Notes: a model not told the origin generated them from the sequence alone. Positions 17,329-26,143 are shown, counted from the stretch's first letter. The stretch: 40,597 bases of DNA from an uncultured Candidatus Bathyarchaeia archaeon (GCA_964559155.1 CAZLHA010000002.1:1-40597); one strand, 5' to 3'. Numbers and translations: made by a program.

Positions 17329-17874
17329 ATGGTTTATACTGTATTACTACAACCCCTAAATATGAGACCTGAGGACTTTTTCAAGTTTAATCCTGAAACC
17401 GGGGAATGGAACAACATAAACGTGGATTACCGTTTCGTGCTAATAGGTGAAACAATTATCCACAGTATAGTGGAAAACCTAACTGAACACTTCGGCAGCG
17501 CAACAGGTGTATTCATGTACCAGAGTGGCTTGGGTGTGGGGATTAGTTACGGAAACCTTCTGAAAGAATCCCCAGACAAGTTAGTGGGTTTGAAGAATAT
17601 CTTTGAGAACATGTACATGGCTGGATGGGGGCGGATGACTATCGAGGACTCAGACATAGATTCCCTAGAACTGGATGAAATAACTATACTCGAGGAAAAT
17701 GGGTTCTTCACAAAAATGGGGTTGGAGGAAGAGATGGAGAACCTGAATCCATTCACAAAAGGATTTCTAACAGGTATCTTTGATACTGTTAACGGAGAGG
17801 AACACACCTGTGAGATGGAGGTCGTTAGCGAAAAGCCATTGAAATGTCGTTACACTATCACGACTATTCGTTAG
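17329..17874 (+). CDS. V4R-domain-like (4-vinyl reductase / hydrocarbon-binding) protein
   Basis: 181 aa. MYQSGLGVGISYG...MAGWGRMTIED...ENGFF...KGFLTGIFDTV...C resembles the V4R pattern. Weak, by eye only. Confidence 0.4.
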   Translation: MVYTVLLQPLNMRPEDFFKFNPETGEWNNINVDYRFVLIGETIIHSIVENLTEHFGSATGVFMYQSGLGVGISYGNLLKESPDKLVGLKNIFENMYMAGWGRMTIEDSDIDSLELDEITILEENGFFTKMGLEEEMENLNPFTKGFLTGIFDTVNGEEHTCEMEVVSEKPLKCRYTITTIR

Positions 17875-18469
17875 AGTTTTTTTCCTGCTCTCTTTTACCG
17901 TAGCTAACCACGAGGTCCACTAGTTTCTTGGAGTCTATCTCGGCTCTGCTACGCCAGTCAAGGTACAGCATTCCCTGATCATCCTCACCAAGATAACCCT
18001 GATTGATGTAACGATCAATATTGAGTTTCACCCTCCACCCGGGAAGCTTCTCCTCCAAGACCCTCTCCACGTCCTGTCTGGTGGATTTTCCCTGCTTGGA
18101 GATAATATAGGCAACGGATACAGCTAACCCGGCGATATCATCTATACGCCACCCAATGGTCTTGGCTGTCTTCTGGTCCACGGTGCCCCTCATGGTGATA
18201 TAATATCTGGCGTCCTGAAGCTGAGAACTGGTGGGGTCAAGGATATCCGGGTCATCAAGTACTCTGGTAACCTGAAGGTCAAATGGTTGTAGTTGTTTAT
18301 CCAGTACCTCAAGGATGTTCTGCCAGTCGGATCCTAGTTCTTTACGTAGCTCCCAGCCTCTAACCCCGGGTAATTTATGATGCGTGAAGAATAGTAGATG
18401 TACTGCGTCCTTGAGTTTACGTTGATAATGCTGCTCTGCCTTGCTTACTCGTTTCGCCAAAGTTTCCAC
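17864..18469 (-). CDS. tandem winged-helix KITE-type protein (ScpB / Nse3-MAGE-like), third gene of the SMC-like operon
   Basis: 201 aa with two WH-like modules, at about residues 22-72 and 110-188. Module 1 reads AVHLLFFTHHKLPGVRGWELRKELGSDWQNILEVLDKQLQPFDLQVTRVLDDP. Module 2 reads GLAVSVAYIISKQGKSTRQDVERVL...YINQGYLGEDDQGMLYLDWRSRAEIDSKKLVDLV. The start overlaps the upstream gene by 25 nt. Confidence 0.55.
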   Translation of the reverse strand: METLAKRVSKAEQHYQRKLKDAVHLLFFTHHKLPGVRGWELRKELGSDWQNILEVLDKQLQPFDLQVTRVLDDPDILDPTSSQLQDARYYITMRGTVDQKTAKTIGWRIDDIAGLAVSVAYIISKQGKSTRQDVERVLEEKLPGWRVKLNIDRYINQGYLGEDDQGMLYLDWRSRAEIDSKKLVDLVVSYGKREQEKNSNE

Positions 18470-19218
18470 TCCTCATAATCTACTAGCACTGGTAGGCTTA
18501 CTTTTCCCTGCTCAGGATCGGGTATGGGCTCCTCTTTATGGATAATAGTGTATTCATCCATTAACTTGTCCCATTCGACGCCCGCGTACCCGTAACCCAC
18601 CATGAATACGGTTAGATAAGCCCGGTTAACAGTATCCTCGTAGGTATCTGCACCGATCCAGTCCCAGTAATCGATACTCCCCCCGGGTCCCACTTTTTCC
18701 TCAAGCTCCTGCCAGAGTTTCTCTATCACCTCAGTGAATCCTTCCTCCGGCAGTAACCCCATACGCCGCACCTCGTCACGGGTGGTTCTACCTGTCTCTC
18801 TCTCCTCTACCTCCTCGTCCTGCCATCTCTCATCGATGGGAACAAGGTCCCCCCAGTACCCGAGGCTAGCCCCCAGGGTGCCTGCGCTCATCTGCTCTAA
18901 CTCCACCAACGGGTGCCATGTTCTGAGAAATAGATCCGCGATAGCCCCTATGTCCAACGCTAATAGGCTCTGACTCAGCATGAATGGATCCTTGTACAGT
19001 GTCGTAGACTTATGCTCTATCCACTGATTCTGGCGCTCAAGCACGTTACTGAGCTCCCTCAACGCCTCAGCGTCCAAACAGAAATCCTTAGGGTTCTTAA
19101 TGTTAGGGTAATGTTTCTTGATGACGCTCATCACGTAGTCGAAGTCGATGTCAAATGGCTCTATCTTGCCGCTCTGAACCATCTTGCATAGGTTTATGAC
19201 GCTCTCAAGCTCGCTCAT
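18445..19218 (-). CDS. ScpA-like kleisin, second gene of the SMC-like operon
   Basis: 257 aa. The N-terminus LCKMVQSGKIEPFDIDFDYVMSVIKKHY...LDAEALRELSNVLERQ parallels the ScpA N-terminal helical domain. A charged central linker (DERWQDEEVEERETGRTTRDEVRR) is followed by a C-terminal WH-like segment (YEDTVNRAYLTVFMVGYGYAGVEWD). The ATG lies 1 nt after the SMC-like stop (TAAgATG). Confidence 0.6.
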   Translation of the reverse strand: MSELESVINLCKMVQSGKIEPFDIDFDYVMSVIKKHYPNIKNPKDFCLDAEALRELSNVLERQNQWIEHKSTTLYKDPFMLSQSLLALDIGAIADLFLRTWHPLVELEQMSAGTLGASLGYWGDLVPIDERWQDEEVEERETGRTTRDEVRRMGLLPEEGFTEVIEKLWQELEEKVGPGGSIDYWDWIGADTYEDTVNRAYLTVFMVGYGYAGVEWDKLMDEYTIIHKEEPIPDPEQGKVSLPVLVDYEEWKLWRNE

Positions 19219-19219
19219 C

Positions 19220-21274
19220 TTATTCCTCCACTACTGTGGGCTCTGAGACCGTCTCTGTTTTATGAACCATGATGATGTGCACATCTTTCTCCTTGAAGGT
19301 AATCTGGCTAGGGGTAATAGCCATGTACTGGTCATCGGTGCCTTCCGTGGTCTGCACGATGAAGTCGCTTACAGCCTCCTTGTTCTGGGGATCCATGTGG
19401 AGGTCGAACTCGTCCACAGCCCTGAAGGGACTCAATACGTTCTGCTGTAGTGAGAGCAGGAACGCCATAACGCTGCTGCTCCGTTCTCCACCACTATGCG
19501 TGTATGGGTCGAGTCGGCTGGGTGGAGCGCCTTTGAACCCTACGAATATCTCTAATCCTGCTTCTTCGATGTCGTGGCTGTCGATTAACCTGACTTCTCC
19601 GTTTGCTTGAAGTCTCTTGAGTAACTTCTTGTATCGTATATTCACGTCGTCGAGGAGTTTCTCTGTTACTTGTCTCCATTTCTTGTTTCGTTCCTCGATC
19701 TCCTTGAGTATTTTACGGCGGTTCTCTTTTACTTCCTGGATCCGCTGCTGTATCTCTTTGAATGTCTCGTTGTAGCTCTCGTACATCTCCTCAGCTTCAT
19801 CAGGTATATTGGACATCCCCATGAGGATTCCCTGAGTCTTTCTTATCTCGTTAAGAATCTCTTCCCCGGTTCTCCCTGTCTCGATCCGCTGCCCTTTGAT
19901 TAACGCCTCTGCCTCAGCGTCTTTCAGGTCACGGTTAGCCCTATCCATCTCCGCTTTCAGCGACTCTACTCTGCGGTTCAGGCGTTGGCGCCGGTCCTTG
20001 AGTAACGCTAGGTTTATTCTGCTGTCGATGTATTGATCATTTGCTTTATCGATTCTTCCACGCAGCTGATTTATCTCAGTTACTAGTTTCTGGGCTTCTT
20101 CCTCTGCTGTGGTTAACCGCCGGGTATACGTCTCTAACTGGGTCTGGATTGTGTTCCTCTGGGCGTTAAACTGATTGCTCAGGCTCTCATATGTCTCTAC
20201 CTGTGTCTCCTCTAGCTCCTCGAAGAGCTTGAAGTAGTCATCCAGCTTGGTGGGGCCCATCTCTAGCTGGTTTAAAAGGTTCTTGTAGCTGGTTTCGAAG
20301 CGTCTTCTCTGTTGATTGCTCTCCAGTATATTGTCTTCCAGCTGATTGAGCCTGTCTTTAGCTGTGTTGATGCTGTGTTCGCTTACCCCAACGATTCTCT
20401 CTGATTCGATACGTTTCTCGATAAGGTCTTCCCGCTGGGTTCTTAGATTCTGGAGCATTTGCTCGCTGTCCACTATTAGCTTGGTGTTCTGCTCCATCTC
20501 CTCCTCGGCTTCAAACAGCTCCTTTTCTGTATCCTTTAACTGTTCTTGGAGTTTCTCCACCTGCTCCTCCATGGACATAACCCTGCTCCACGCCATCTCC
20601 TGCTGGAGAAAAGTCTGTCTCTTTTCTAACTGCTTTTTCTCCTGAAGGCGCTCATTCTGTTCACGCCAATAATTTAGTGTCTCCCTTGCCTGATTCAGCA
20701 AATTACCAAGGCTCTCCTCCTCGCTCAGCACCCCACTGAGTTTTTTCTTCGCCTCTATCACGTCCTCTCGGAAGGTATCGAAGCCGACTGCTTCCTCCAA
20801 TATCTGGAGTCTCTCCTTGGGGTTTATGTTAGCGAACTTGCTGGGCATAGCTTGATGCATGATTATCAGCATATTAGTGGGGTCGAAGCCATAGGTTCTC
20901 AGAAGCCCCATTACCTCCGCTTTGGTCACGTTTCTCTGGTTAACCCTAAAACCATATTTTCCATCTACCCTCAGGGTTCTTGTGAGTGTAATCTCATCCA
21001 TATTATACTGGGGGACTGGTCTGTAACCGTTCTCTCCAACCGTGTTATCCAGTATCAGTGTGACTCTGGCTGTCTCGCTCCCCCATCTGATGAGGTCGCT
21101 GAGTTTCTTTGATCGTTCTGTATAAGTGTCTCCGAGGGCGACGCATATCCCCAGTAGTAGACTGCTTTTCCCGGATCCGTTGGGGCCGCAGACTACGTTT
21201 ACCCCTTCTTTCAGGGGTACTCTGGCGTACTCGTATGACATAAAGTTCTCTAGTATTACCTCACGGATGAGCAT
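19220..21274 (-). CDS. short hingeless SMC-like ABC ATPase with SMC5/6-type head motifs
   Basis: 684 aa. Walker A GPNGSGKS (30-37), Q-loop MHQ (139-141), signature SGGERS (594-599), Walker B AVDEFD (619-624) followed by LHMDPQN. Residues ~170-545 are heptad-rich coiled coil, broken at MGPTK (339-343). There is no globular hinge and no CxxC hook. Confidence 0.85.
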   Translation of the reverse strand: MLIREVILENFMSYEYARVPLKEGVNVVCGPNGSGKSSLLLGICVALGDTYTERSKKLSDLIRWGSETARVTLILDNTVGENGYRPVPQYNMDEITLTRTLRVDGKYGFRVNQRNVTKAEVMGLLRTYGFDPTNMLIIMHQAMPSKFANINPKERLQILEEAVGFDTFREDVIEAKKKLSGVLSEEESLGNLLNQARETLNYWREQNERLQEKKQLEKRQTFLQQEMAWSRVMSMEEQVEKLQEQLKDTEKELFEAEEEMEQNTKLIVDSEQMLQNLRTQREDLIEKRIESERIVGVSEHSINTAKDRLNQLEDNILESNQQRRRFETSYKNLLNQLEMGPTKLDDYFKLFEELEETQVETYESLSNQFNAQRNTIQTQLETYTRRLTTAEEEAQKLVTEINQLRGRIDKANDQYIDSRINLALLKDRRQRLNRRVESLKAEMDRANRDLKDAEAEALIKGQRIETGRTGEEILNEIRKTQGILMGMSNIPDEAEEMYESYNETFKEIQQRIQEVKENRRKILKEIEERNKKWRQVTEKLLDDVNIRYKKLLKRLQANGEVRLIDSHDIEEAGLEIFVGFKGAPPSRLDPYTHSGGERSSSVMAFLLSLQQNVLSPFRAVDEFDLHMDPQNKEAVSDFIVQTTEGTDDQYMAITPSQITFKEKDVHIIMVHKTETVSEPTVVEE

Positions 21275-21312
21275 CGTTTTTCCTCGGACTCTGTCTTCTT
21301 AGCTTAGCCTCA

Positions 21313-21320
21313 TTTTTAAA
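21313..21320 (-). promoter_or_regulatory. TATA-like box (TTTAAAAA on minus strand) for the SMC-like operon
   Basis: It lies ~40 nt upstream of ATG 21274. A GAGG Shine-Dalgarno-like element sits 8-11 nt before the ATG. Confidence 0.3.
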
Positions 21321-21476
21321 CATTGACTAAAGGAATCGGGTTTCCGGTTACAGTAAAGTATTAGCGTACAGGTGTCATCGCATCTATTTCTGGTTCAGTT
21401 GATGCGTCTCTCGTGAATATATAGTATTGATCATTTATTGAAAAAAGGTAATAACCCCCAACACCTAATCTAACCC

Positions 21477-22493
21477 ATGATAGAATTAAATGAAGCTCAA
21501 GAAGAACGAGCAATGAGACTTCACAAGGAAGCCATAATCGTTGACACCCACTGTGACACACTGGGGCACTTCCTCAAGCATCCATGGCCACAACCAAAAG
21601 CACGTACACTGGGAGAAAGAAGCGAGAGAGGACACCTAGATCTTCCGCGTATGATTGAGGGTGGGCTTACCTGTCAGACCTTTGCCATATACACTGGTAG
21701 AGCACCAATCGTACCTGACGCCACGTTAAGGGCTCTCCAGATGGTGGACAAGTTCTATACCCAGATCAATGCCAACTCCGAGATAGTTCCAGTAACCACC
21801 CACGGTGAGATAGTGCAAGCCAAAAAGAGGGGGAAAGTATGTGGATTACTCAGCATCGAGGGAGCGGAACCCCTAATGGGGGACATCGCATTGTTAAGAG
21901 TCTTCTACAGGCTCGGCGTAAGGATGTTAAGCTTCGCGTGGAACTATAGAACCCCGTTCGCGGATGGGTTAGGAGCCAAACGAGCTGAGAGCAAGCTACC
22001 TGAGCTAGGCGTAGAGGCTCTTGAGGAGATGAACAAGCTGGGTATGATCTTCGATGTAAGCCACCTCGCTGACACCGTCTTCTGGGATGTAGCTGATCTT
22101 ATGGATACCCCCTTCATCGCCAGTCACAGTAATGCTAGGGCTATCTGTGATCATCCTCGTAACTGCACAGATGATATGATTGAGGCGATAGCTGATCATG
22201 GAGGGGTTCTTGGTATGAACTATGCTCCAGCTTTCATTAAGAAAGGCGGAGAAGATGTCACCATTAATGATATGGTTGACCATATTGACCACATAGTGGA
22301 ACTGGTTGGACCCGACCACGTGGGTCTGGGCTCGGACTTTGATGGCATAGGAGCACCACCGGAGGGTCTGGAGAGTGTTGATAAGACGCCTAACGTTACC
22401 CGGGTTCTTGTTCAGCGTGGTTACAGCGACGAGGATATCATGAAGATTCTCGGCGGTAACCATATGCGTGTCTTCAAAGAGGTTATAGGTTAA
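21477..22493 (+). CDS. membrane dipeptidase family M19
   Basis: 338 aa. Motifs IVDTHCDTL, FDVSHL, ASHSNARAICDHPRNCTDD and HVGLGSDFDGI are characteristic of renal-type dipeptidases. Confidence 0.8.
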   Translation: MIELNEAQEERAMRLHKEAIIVDTHCDTLGHFLKHPWPQPKARTLGERSERGHLDLPRMIEGGLTCQTFAIYTGRAPIVPDATLRALQMVDKFYTQINANSEIVPVTTHGEIVQAKKRGKVCGLLSIEGAEPLMGDIALLRVFYRLGVRMLSFAWNYRTPFADGLGAKRAESKLPELGVEALEEMNKLGMIFDVSHLADTVFWDVADLMDTPFIASHSNARAICDHPRNCTDDMIEAIADHGGVLGMNYAPAFIKKGGEDVTINDMVDHIDHIVELVGPDHVGLGSDFDGIGAPPEGLESVDKTPNVTRVLVQRGYSDEDIMKILGGNHMRVFKEVIG

Positions 22494-22783
22494 TCTCTTA
22501 TGGTGGCTATGCAACCACTGCATCCATGTTTTATCTTGAATCTGCAATCTGTGCACTCTGGTCCACATGGCGGGGTGTCAGATGTTTTTATCTCTCTGGG
22601 TTCCTCAGGGTAGTAGACTTTGTCTATTAGTATGGTTTCTGATTCACTATCTGGGAATAGTTCCGAGTAGTTTATCCCCCACTCTAGTTCATCGGGGGCC
22701 ATGAACACGGAGATTATCTTTCTCCCCCTCAGACCATAGGCAAGTAGGTGGGGACACTCCTTGAATCGTCTAGCTTCCTCCAC
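22490..22783 (-). CDS. small protein with C-terminal Cys cluster, hypothetical
   Basis: 97-aa ORF ending CGPECTDCRFKIKHGCSGC. No confident family. Confidence 0.3.
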   Translation of the reverse strand: MEEARRFKECPHLLAYGLRGRKIISVFMAPDELEWGINYSELFPDSESETILIDKVYYPEEPREIKTSDTPPCGPECTDCRFKIKHGCSGCIATIRD

Positions 22784-22898
22784 GGGATTTCTTCTCTCTG
22801 ATTACAACTGAGGCTTTATATCCTTCAACGGGCATGGTGATTTGTTAATCTACTATGTTTTAGAAATTGCTATATCTCCACAGGGTGTTTCTTTTAAT

Positions 22899-23825
22899 AT
22901 GAGTGCAGGATTTCATGGCTCAAAGTACTGTTGGATGAATGGTAAAGTTATACTCACCAGTGAGGCGCTGGTCTCACCTATGGAGAGTATCCATCTGGGT
23001 ATCTTTGAGGGGATTAAAGCTTACGCTGCCGGTGATGTGCTTAGTAAGGGTGAGTTGAACATCTTCGGCTGGGAGAAGCACATTGACAGGCTCTGGAGAA
23101 GCGCCGAGGTAAACGGTTTGACTATGCCTTATACCCGGGATGAGTTACTTGCCGCTGTACGGGCGTGTATAATCAGAAACGACTACGATGAGAACACGTA
23201 TATCCAGCCCAGGATCTGGCCGAAGGGCTCCTGGGGTAGCGATGACAGCCACGTAGTGGTACCTGTTTGGCCCTTTGAGACGCTATTAGGCAAAGATAAC
23301 CCAAAGTTTGCTGAGGAACGTAGGTTTATGGTGAGCAGCTGGACCCGGATCAGCAGCGATGCTATGCCACCCCAGGCTAAGAGCTGGGCGAATTATTTGA
23401 ACAGTATGCACGCGATCCGTGAGGCTAGGCGCTGTGGGTATGATAACGCGGTTTTCCTTGATAGGCGTGGGTTTGTCTCGGAGGCTACTTTGGCGTGTTT
23501 GATGATGGTTCGGGATGGTAAGGTGATTACTCCCCCTGTTACCGCTAGTATACTGGAGTCTGTTACTCGGGGCGCGTTTATCGAGTTTATACCTGATCTA
23601 GGTTACCCGGTTGAGGTAAGGGATGTTACCCGTGTAGAGCTCTATGCATGTGATGAGGTTTTCCTATGTGGAACCGGCGGCGAGTGTACACCGGTCACAA
23701 GCGTTGATGACATAAAGTTCGGGGACGAGTACCCTGGGCCTATAACAACCGAGGTAGCGGAATACTATGCCGAGATATTGGCAGGCAACGTACCCAAATA
23801 CAGGGACTGGTTAACCCCCGTCTAG
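22899..23825 (+). CDS. ilvE: branched-chain amino acid aminotransferase (class IV PLP enzyme)
   Basis: Start at MSAGFHG (ATG 22899). GIFEGIKAY, AKSWANYLNSMHA, EATLACLMMV and VFLCGTGGECTPV fit the BCAT/fold-type IV pattern. Confidence 0.75.
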   Translation: MSAGFHGSKYCWMNGKVILTSEALVSPMESIHLGIFEGIKAYAAGDVLSKGELNIFGWEKHIDRLWRSAEVNGLTMPYTRDELLAAVRACIIRNDYDENTYIQPRIWPKGSWGSDDSHVVVPVWPFETLLGKDNPKFAEERRFMVSSWTRISSDAMPPQAKSWANYLNSMHAIREARRCGYDNAVFLDRRGFVSEATLACLMMVRDGKVITPPVTASILESVTRGAFIEFIPDLGYPVEVRDVTRVELYACDEVFLCGTGGECTPVTSVDDIKFGDEYPGPITTEVAEYYAEILAGNVPKYRDWLTPV

Positions 23826-25855
23826 TCTATTTCCTCTTTTCTCAGCAGTAACGCGTTTGCGACGACAATTATTGAGCTTGCTGACATTATTAGTGCCCCC
23901 ACTTTCGGTCTTAGGGTAATATTCCATGGCATCAGTACCCCCGCTGCTACAGGTATAGCTATCGCGTTATACCCTGAAGCCCAGACAAGGTTCTCCCTCA
24001 TCTTCTGCATAGTAGCCTTACTCAATCTGATAAGCTTCAATACGTCACCTGGCTCATTTTTAATCAGTACAATATCCGCGGACTCTATGGCTACATCTGT
24101 ACCCGCGCCAATGGCTATTCCAACATCTGCCTGTACGAGAGCAGGGGCATCATTGATACCATCTCCCACCATGGCCACCTTTTTACCCGCATCCTGAACC
24201 TTTTTCACCTCACTAGCCTTATCCTCAGGCAGGACCTCGGCGAGGTAGTCATCTATCCCGGCTTTCTCTGCGATTGCCCGGGCTGTGCGCTCGTTGTCCC
24301 CCGTTATCATAATTATCTCTTTGCCTAACGCATGAAGCTCTTCTATAGCCTTGAGACTACTATCTTTCAACTCATCCAAGAATGCGACAATCCCCACCAC
24401 TTCGTCCTCGATTGCAATATAACTCAGAGTCTTAGCTTCATCATAGAGCCGTTCACCCTTCTCCAACAATTCAGCCGAGATGCTTTTACCCATATCATTC
24501 ATTAGCTTTAGGGTACCGGCGGTCATCCTACTATCGTTAACGGTGCCCCTGACTCCGTGCCCTGAGATTGCTTCAAATCCCTGAGTATCATGCAATTTGA
24601 TCCCCCTCTCCTTGGCTGCTTCATTCAAGGCTTTCCCTATGGGATGCTCTGACTCGTATTCCAGCGATGCCGCATATCGTAGTAACTCCTCCTCGCTCAT
24701 ATCCCCTGATGATATTATGTCAGTAACGCTGAAAGTTCCCTTTGTGAGTGTACCTGTCTTATCAAAAATGATGGTAGCTATTTTCTCACCAACCTCCAAC
24801 GCATCAGCGTTTTTCACTAGTATCCCGTTACTCGCGGCTAAAGTCGTTGAGATGGCTGTGACCGTAGGAATCGCCAGCCCTAGAGCGTGAGGGCAGGCTA
24901 TTACAGTAACCGTAACCATAGTGGTCAATGCGAATACGAGGCTCGCTCCCCCGAAATAGTTCCAGTAAATAAAGCTACCCAGCCCCACCGTGATCGCTGT
25001 GATGGTGAGATAATGTGCTGCTCTATCTGCAAGCTTCTGTGTGGGTGGCTTTGATTCCTGCACCTCCTCCATTAACTGGATGATCTGAGCCAATGCTGTC
25101 TCTTCACCCGTCTTCTCTATCCTGATCCTCAGTGCCCCGGTGGTGTTTATCGTCCCCCCGATAGCCTCATCCCCTTCCCCCTTGGCTACGGGTTTACTCT
25201 CACCAGTGATCATGGACTCATCTAATGCGGATGCCCCTTCGATGATGACTCCGTCTATTGGTACTTTTTCCCCTGGCCGCACAAGCAGCACATCGCCGAC
25301 TTCAACATCACCTGTGGACACCTCTACGATCTCATCCCCCTCAACCCTGTTAGCGGTGGGGGGAATCAGCTTCACCAGTTCCTCAAGTGCACCGGTGGCT
25401 CTCCGGGTCATCCTCATCTCCATCCAGTGCCCAAACAGGAGGAAAACCACAAGGGTACTAATCTCCCAGTAGAAATCCACCACATCGGTCAATACGAAGG
25501 TGGCGGCCGCACTGAACAGGTACCCTGTCCCCACGGCTATACTCACCAAGACCATCATGCCAAGAACCCCTCGTTCAAGATCCCGTTTTGCTCCCCTATA
25601 GAAAGGCCAGCCACCATATAGGGCGATGATGGTTGCGAGTCCAAATAAGATATAATCGTATCCTGTGAATCTGGGCACGGTAAAGTTAAACCAGTCCTGG
25701 ATCGTCGGTGAGAGAACCAGTATAGGTAAAGTGATCAACAATGAGACGAAGAAGCGTCTCTTAAAATCCTGCTCCATCTTGGCGTGATGATTCCTTCCCT
25801 TATGCTTCATCCTCTCTTTCTTCATATCGTGCCCTTCCTCCGCCAAATTAATCAA
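23822..25855 (-). CDS. copB: P1B-type heavy-metal (copper) translocating ATPase, CopB-like
   Basis: 677 aa. TGES, the CPH motif in TM6 (IACPHALGLAIP), DKTGTLT, GDGINDAPAL. The N-terminus is His-rich (KHKGRNHHAK) and has no CxxC HMA domain. The start may be MKKERMK (25825). Confidence 0.85.
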   Translation of the reverse strand: MINLAEEGHDMKKERMKHKGRNHHAKMEQDFKRRFFVSLLITLPILVLSPTIQDWFNFTVPRFTGYDYILFGLATIIALYGGWPFYRGAKRDLERGVLGMMVLVSIAVGTGYLFSAAATFVLTDVVDFYWEISTLVVFLLFGHWMEMRMTRRATGALEELVKLIPPTANRVEGDEIVEVSTGDVEVGDVLLVRPGEKVPIDGVIIEGASALDESMITGESKPVAKGEGDEAIGGTINTTGALRIRIEKTGEETALAQIIQLMEEVQESKPPTQKLADRAAHYLTITAITVGLGSFIYWNYFGGASLVFALTTMVTVTVIACPHALGLAIPTVTAISTTLAASNGILVKNADALEVGEKIATIIFDKTGTLTKGTFSVTDIISSGDMSEEELLRYAASLEYESEHPIGKALNEAAKERGIKLHDTQGFEAISGHGVRGTVNDSRMTAGTLKLMNDMGKSISAELLEKGERLYDEAKTLSYIAIEDEVVGIVAFLDELKDSSLKAIEELHALGKEIIMITGDNERTARAIAEKAGIDDYLAEVLPEDKASEVKKVQDAGKKVAMVGDGINDAPALVQADVGIAIGAGTDVAIESADIVLIKNEPGDVLKLIRLSKATMQKMRENLVWASGYNAIAIPVAAGVLMPWNITLRPKVGALIMSASSIIVVANALLLRKEEID

Positions 25856-25949
25856 CTACTAGATCGTAACCAGCACTTATATAGCAAAGTAATTTGAAAC
25901 CAGTCTTGAGAAAGAATTTTATCTTACACGATTCTTATTGGGATGGAGT

Positions 25950-26027
25950 GGGCCGGTGGTCTAGTCTGGCTAGGACACCGCGTTCACATCGCGGTAATCG
26001 CCTGTTCAAATCCGGCCCGGCCCACCA
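25950..26027 (+). tRNA. tRNA-Val (anticodon CAC) with encoded CCA
   Basis: Acceptor GGGCCGG/CCGGCCC; D-arm GGTCTAGTCTGGCTAGGAC; anticodon stem CCGCG/CGCGG with loop TTCACAT. T-arm GCCTG-TTCAAAT-CCGGC (one U-C mismatch), discriminator A, CCA at 26025-26027. Confidence 0.8.
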
Positions 26028-26143
26028 CTCATTATCAATCTAAGAAACTAGGAAAAGTCGTCTACTTTTCTTGTATCTAGATCATAAAAAAGGCGTTCTA
26101 GGGAAATACCTTCTTGAAAAAGATGGCTAGGGTAAGGCACTCA

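Noticed and set aside
21361-21561. 66-aa minus-strand ORF in the SMC-operon / dipeptidase divergent region.
   Set aside because: It overlaps the dipeptidase start and the A/T-rich promoter region, with odd composition and no coupling to the operon.
16358-26027. Possibility that the segment between tRNA-Thr and tRNA-Val (which contains the SMC-like operon) is an integrated element.
   Set aside because: There is no integrase, transposase or plasmid/viral gene, and I saw no duplicated tRNA 3' fragment (att site) by eye. The content includes core-looking metabolism (dipeptidase, BCAT, CopB). I cannot fully exclude it without a repeat search or compositional analysis.
1-26027. Checked the three tRNA genes for introns or split/permuted structure.
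   Set aside because: All three fold as continuous canonical cloverleaves with 7-nt anticodon loops, and no bulge-helix-bulge insertion is seen. The only oddity is a single U-C mismatch in the tRNA-Val T-stem.
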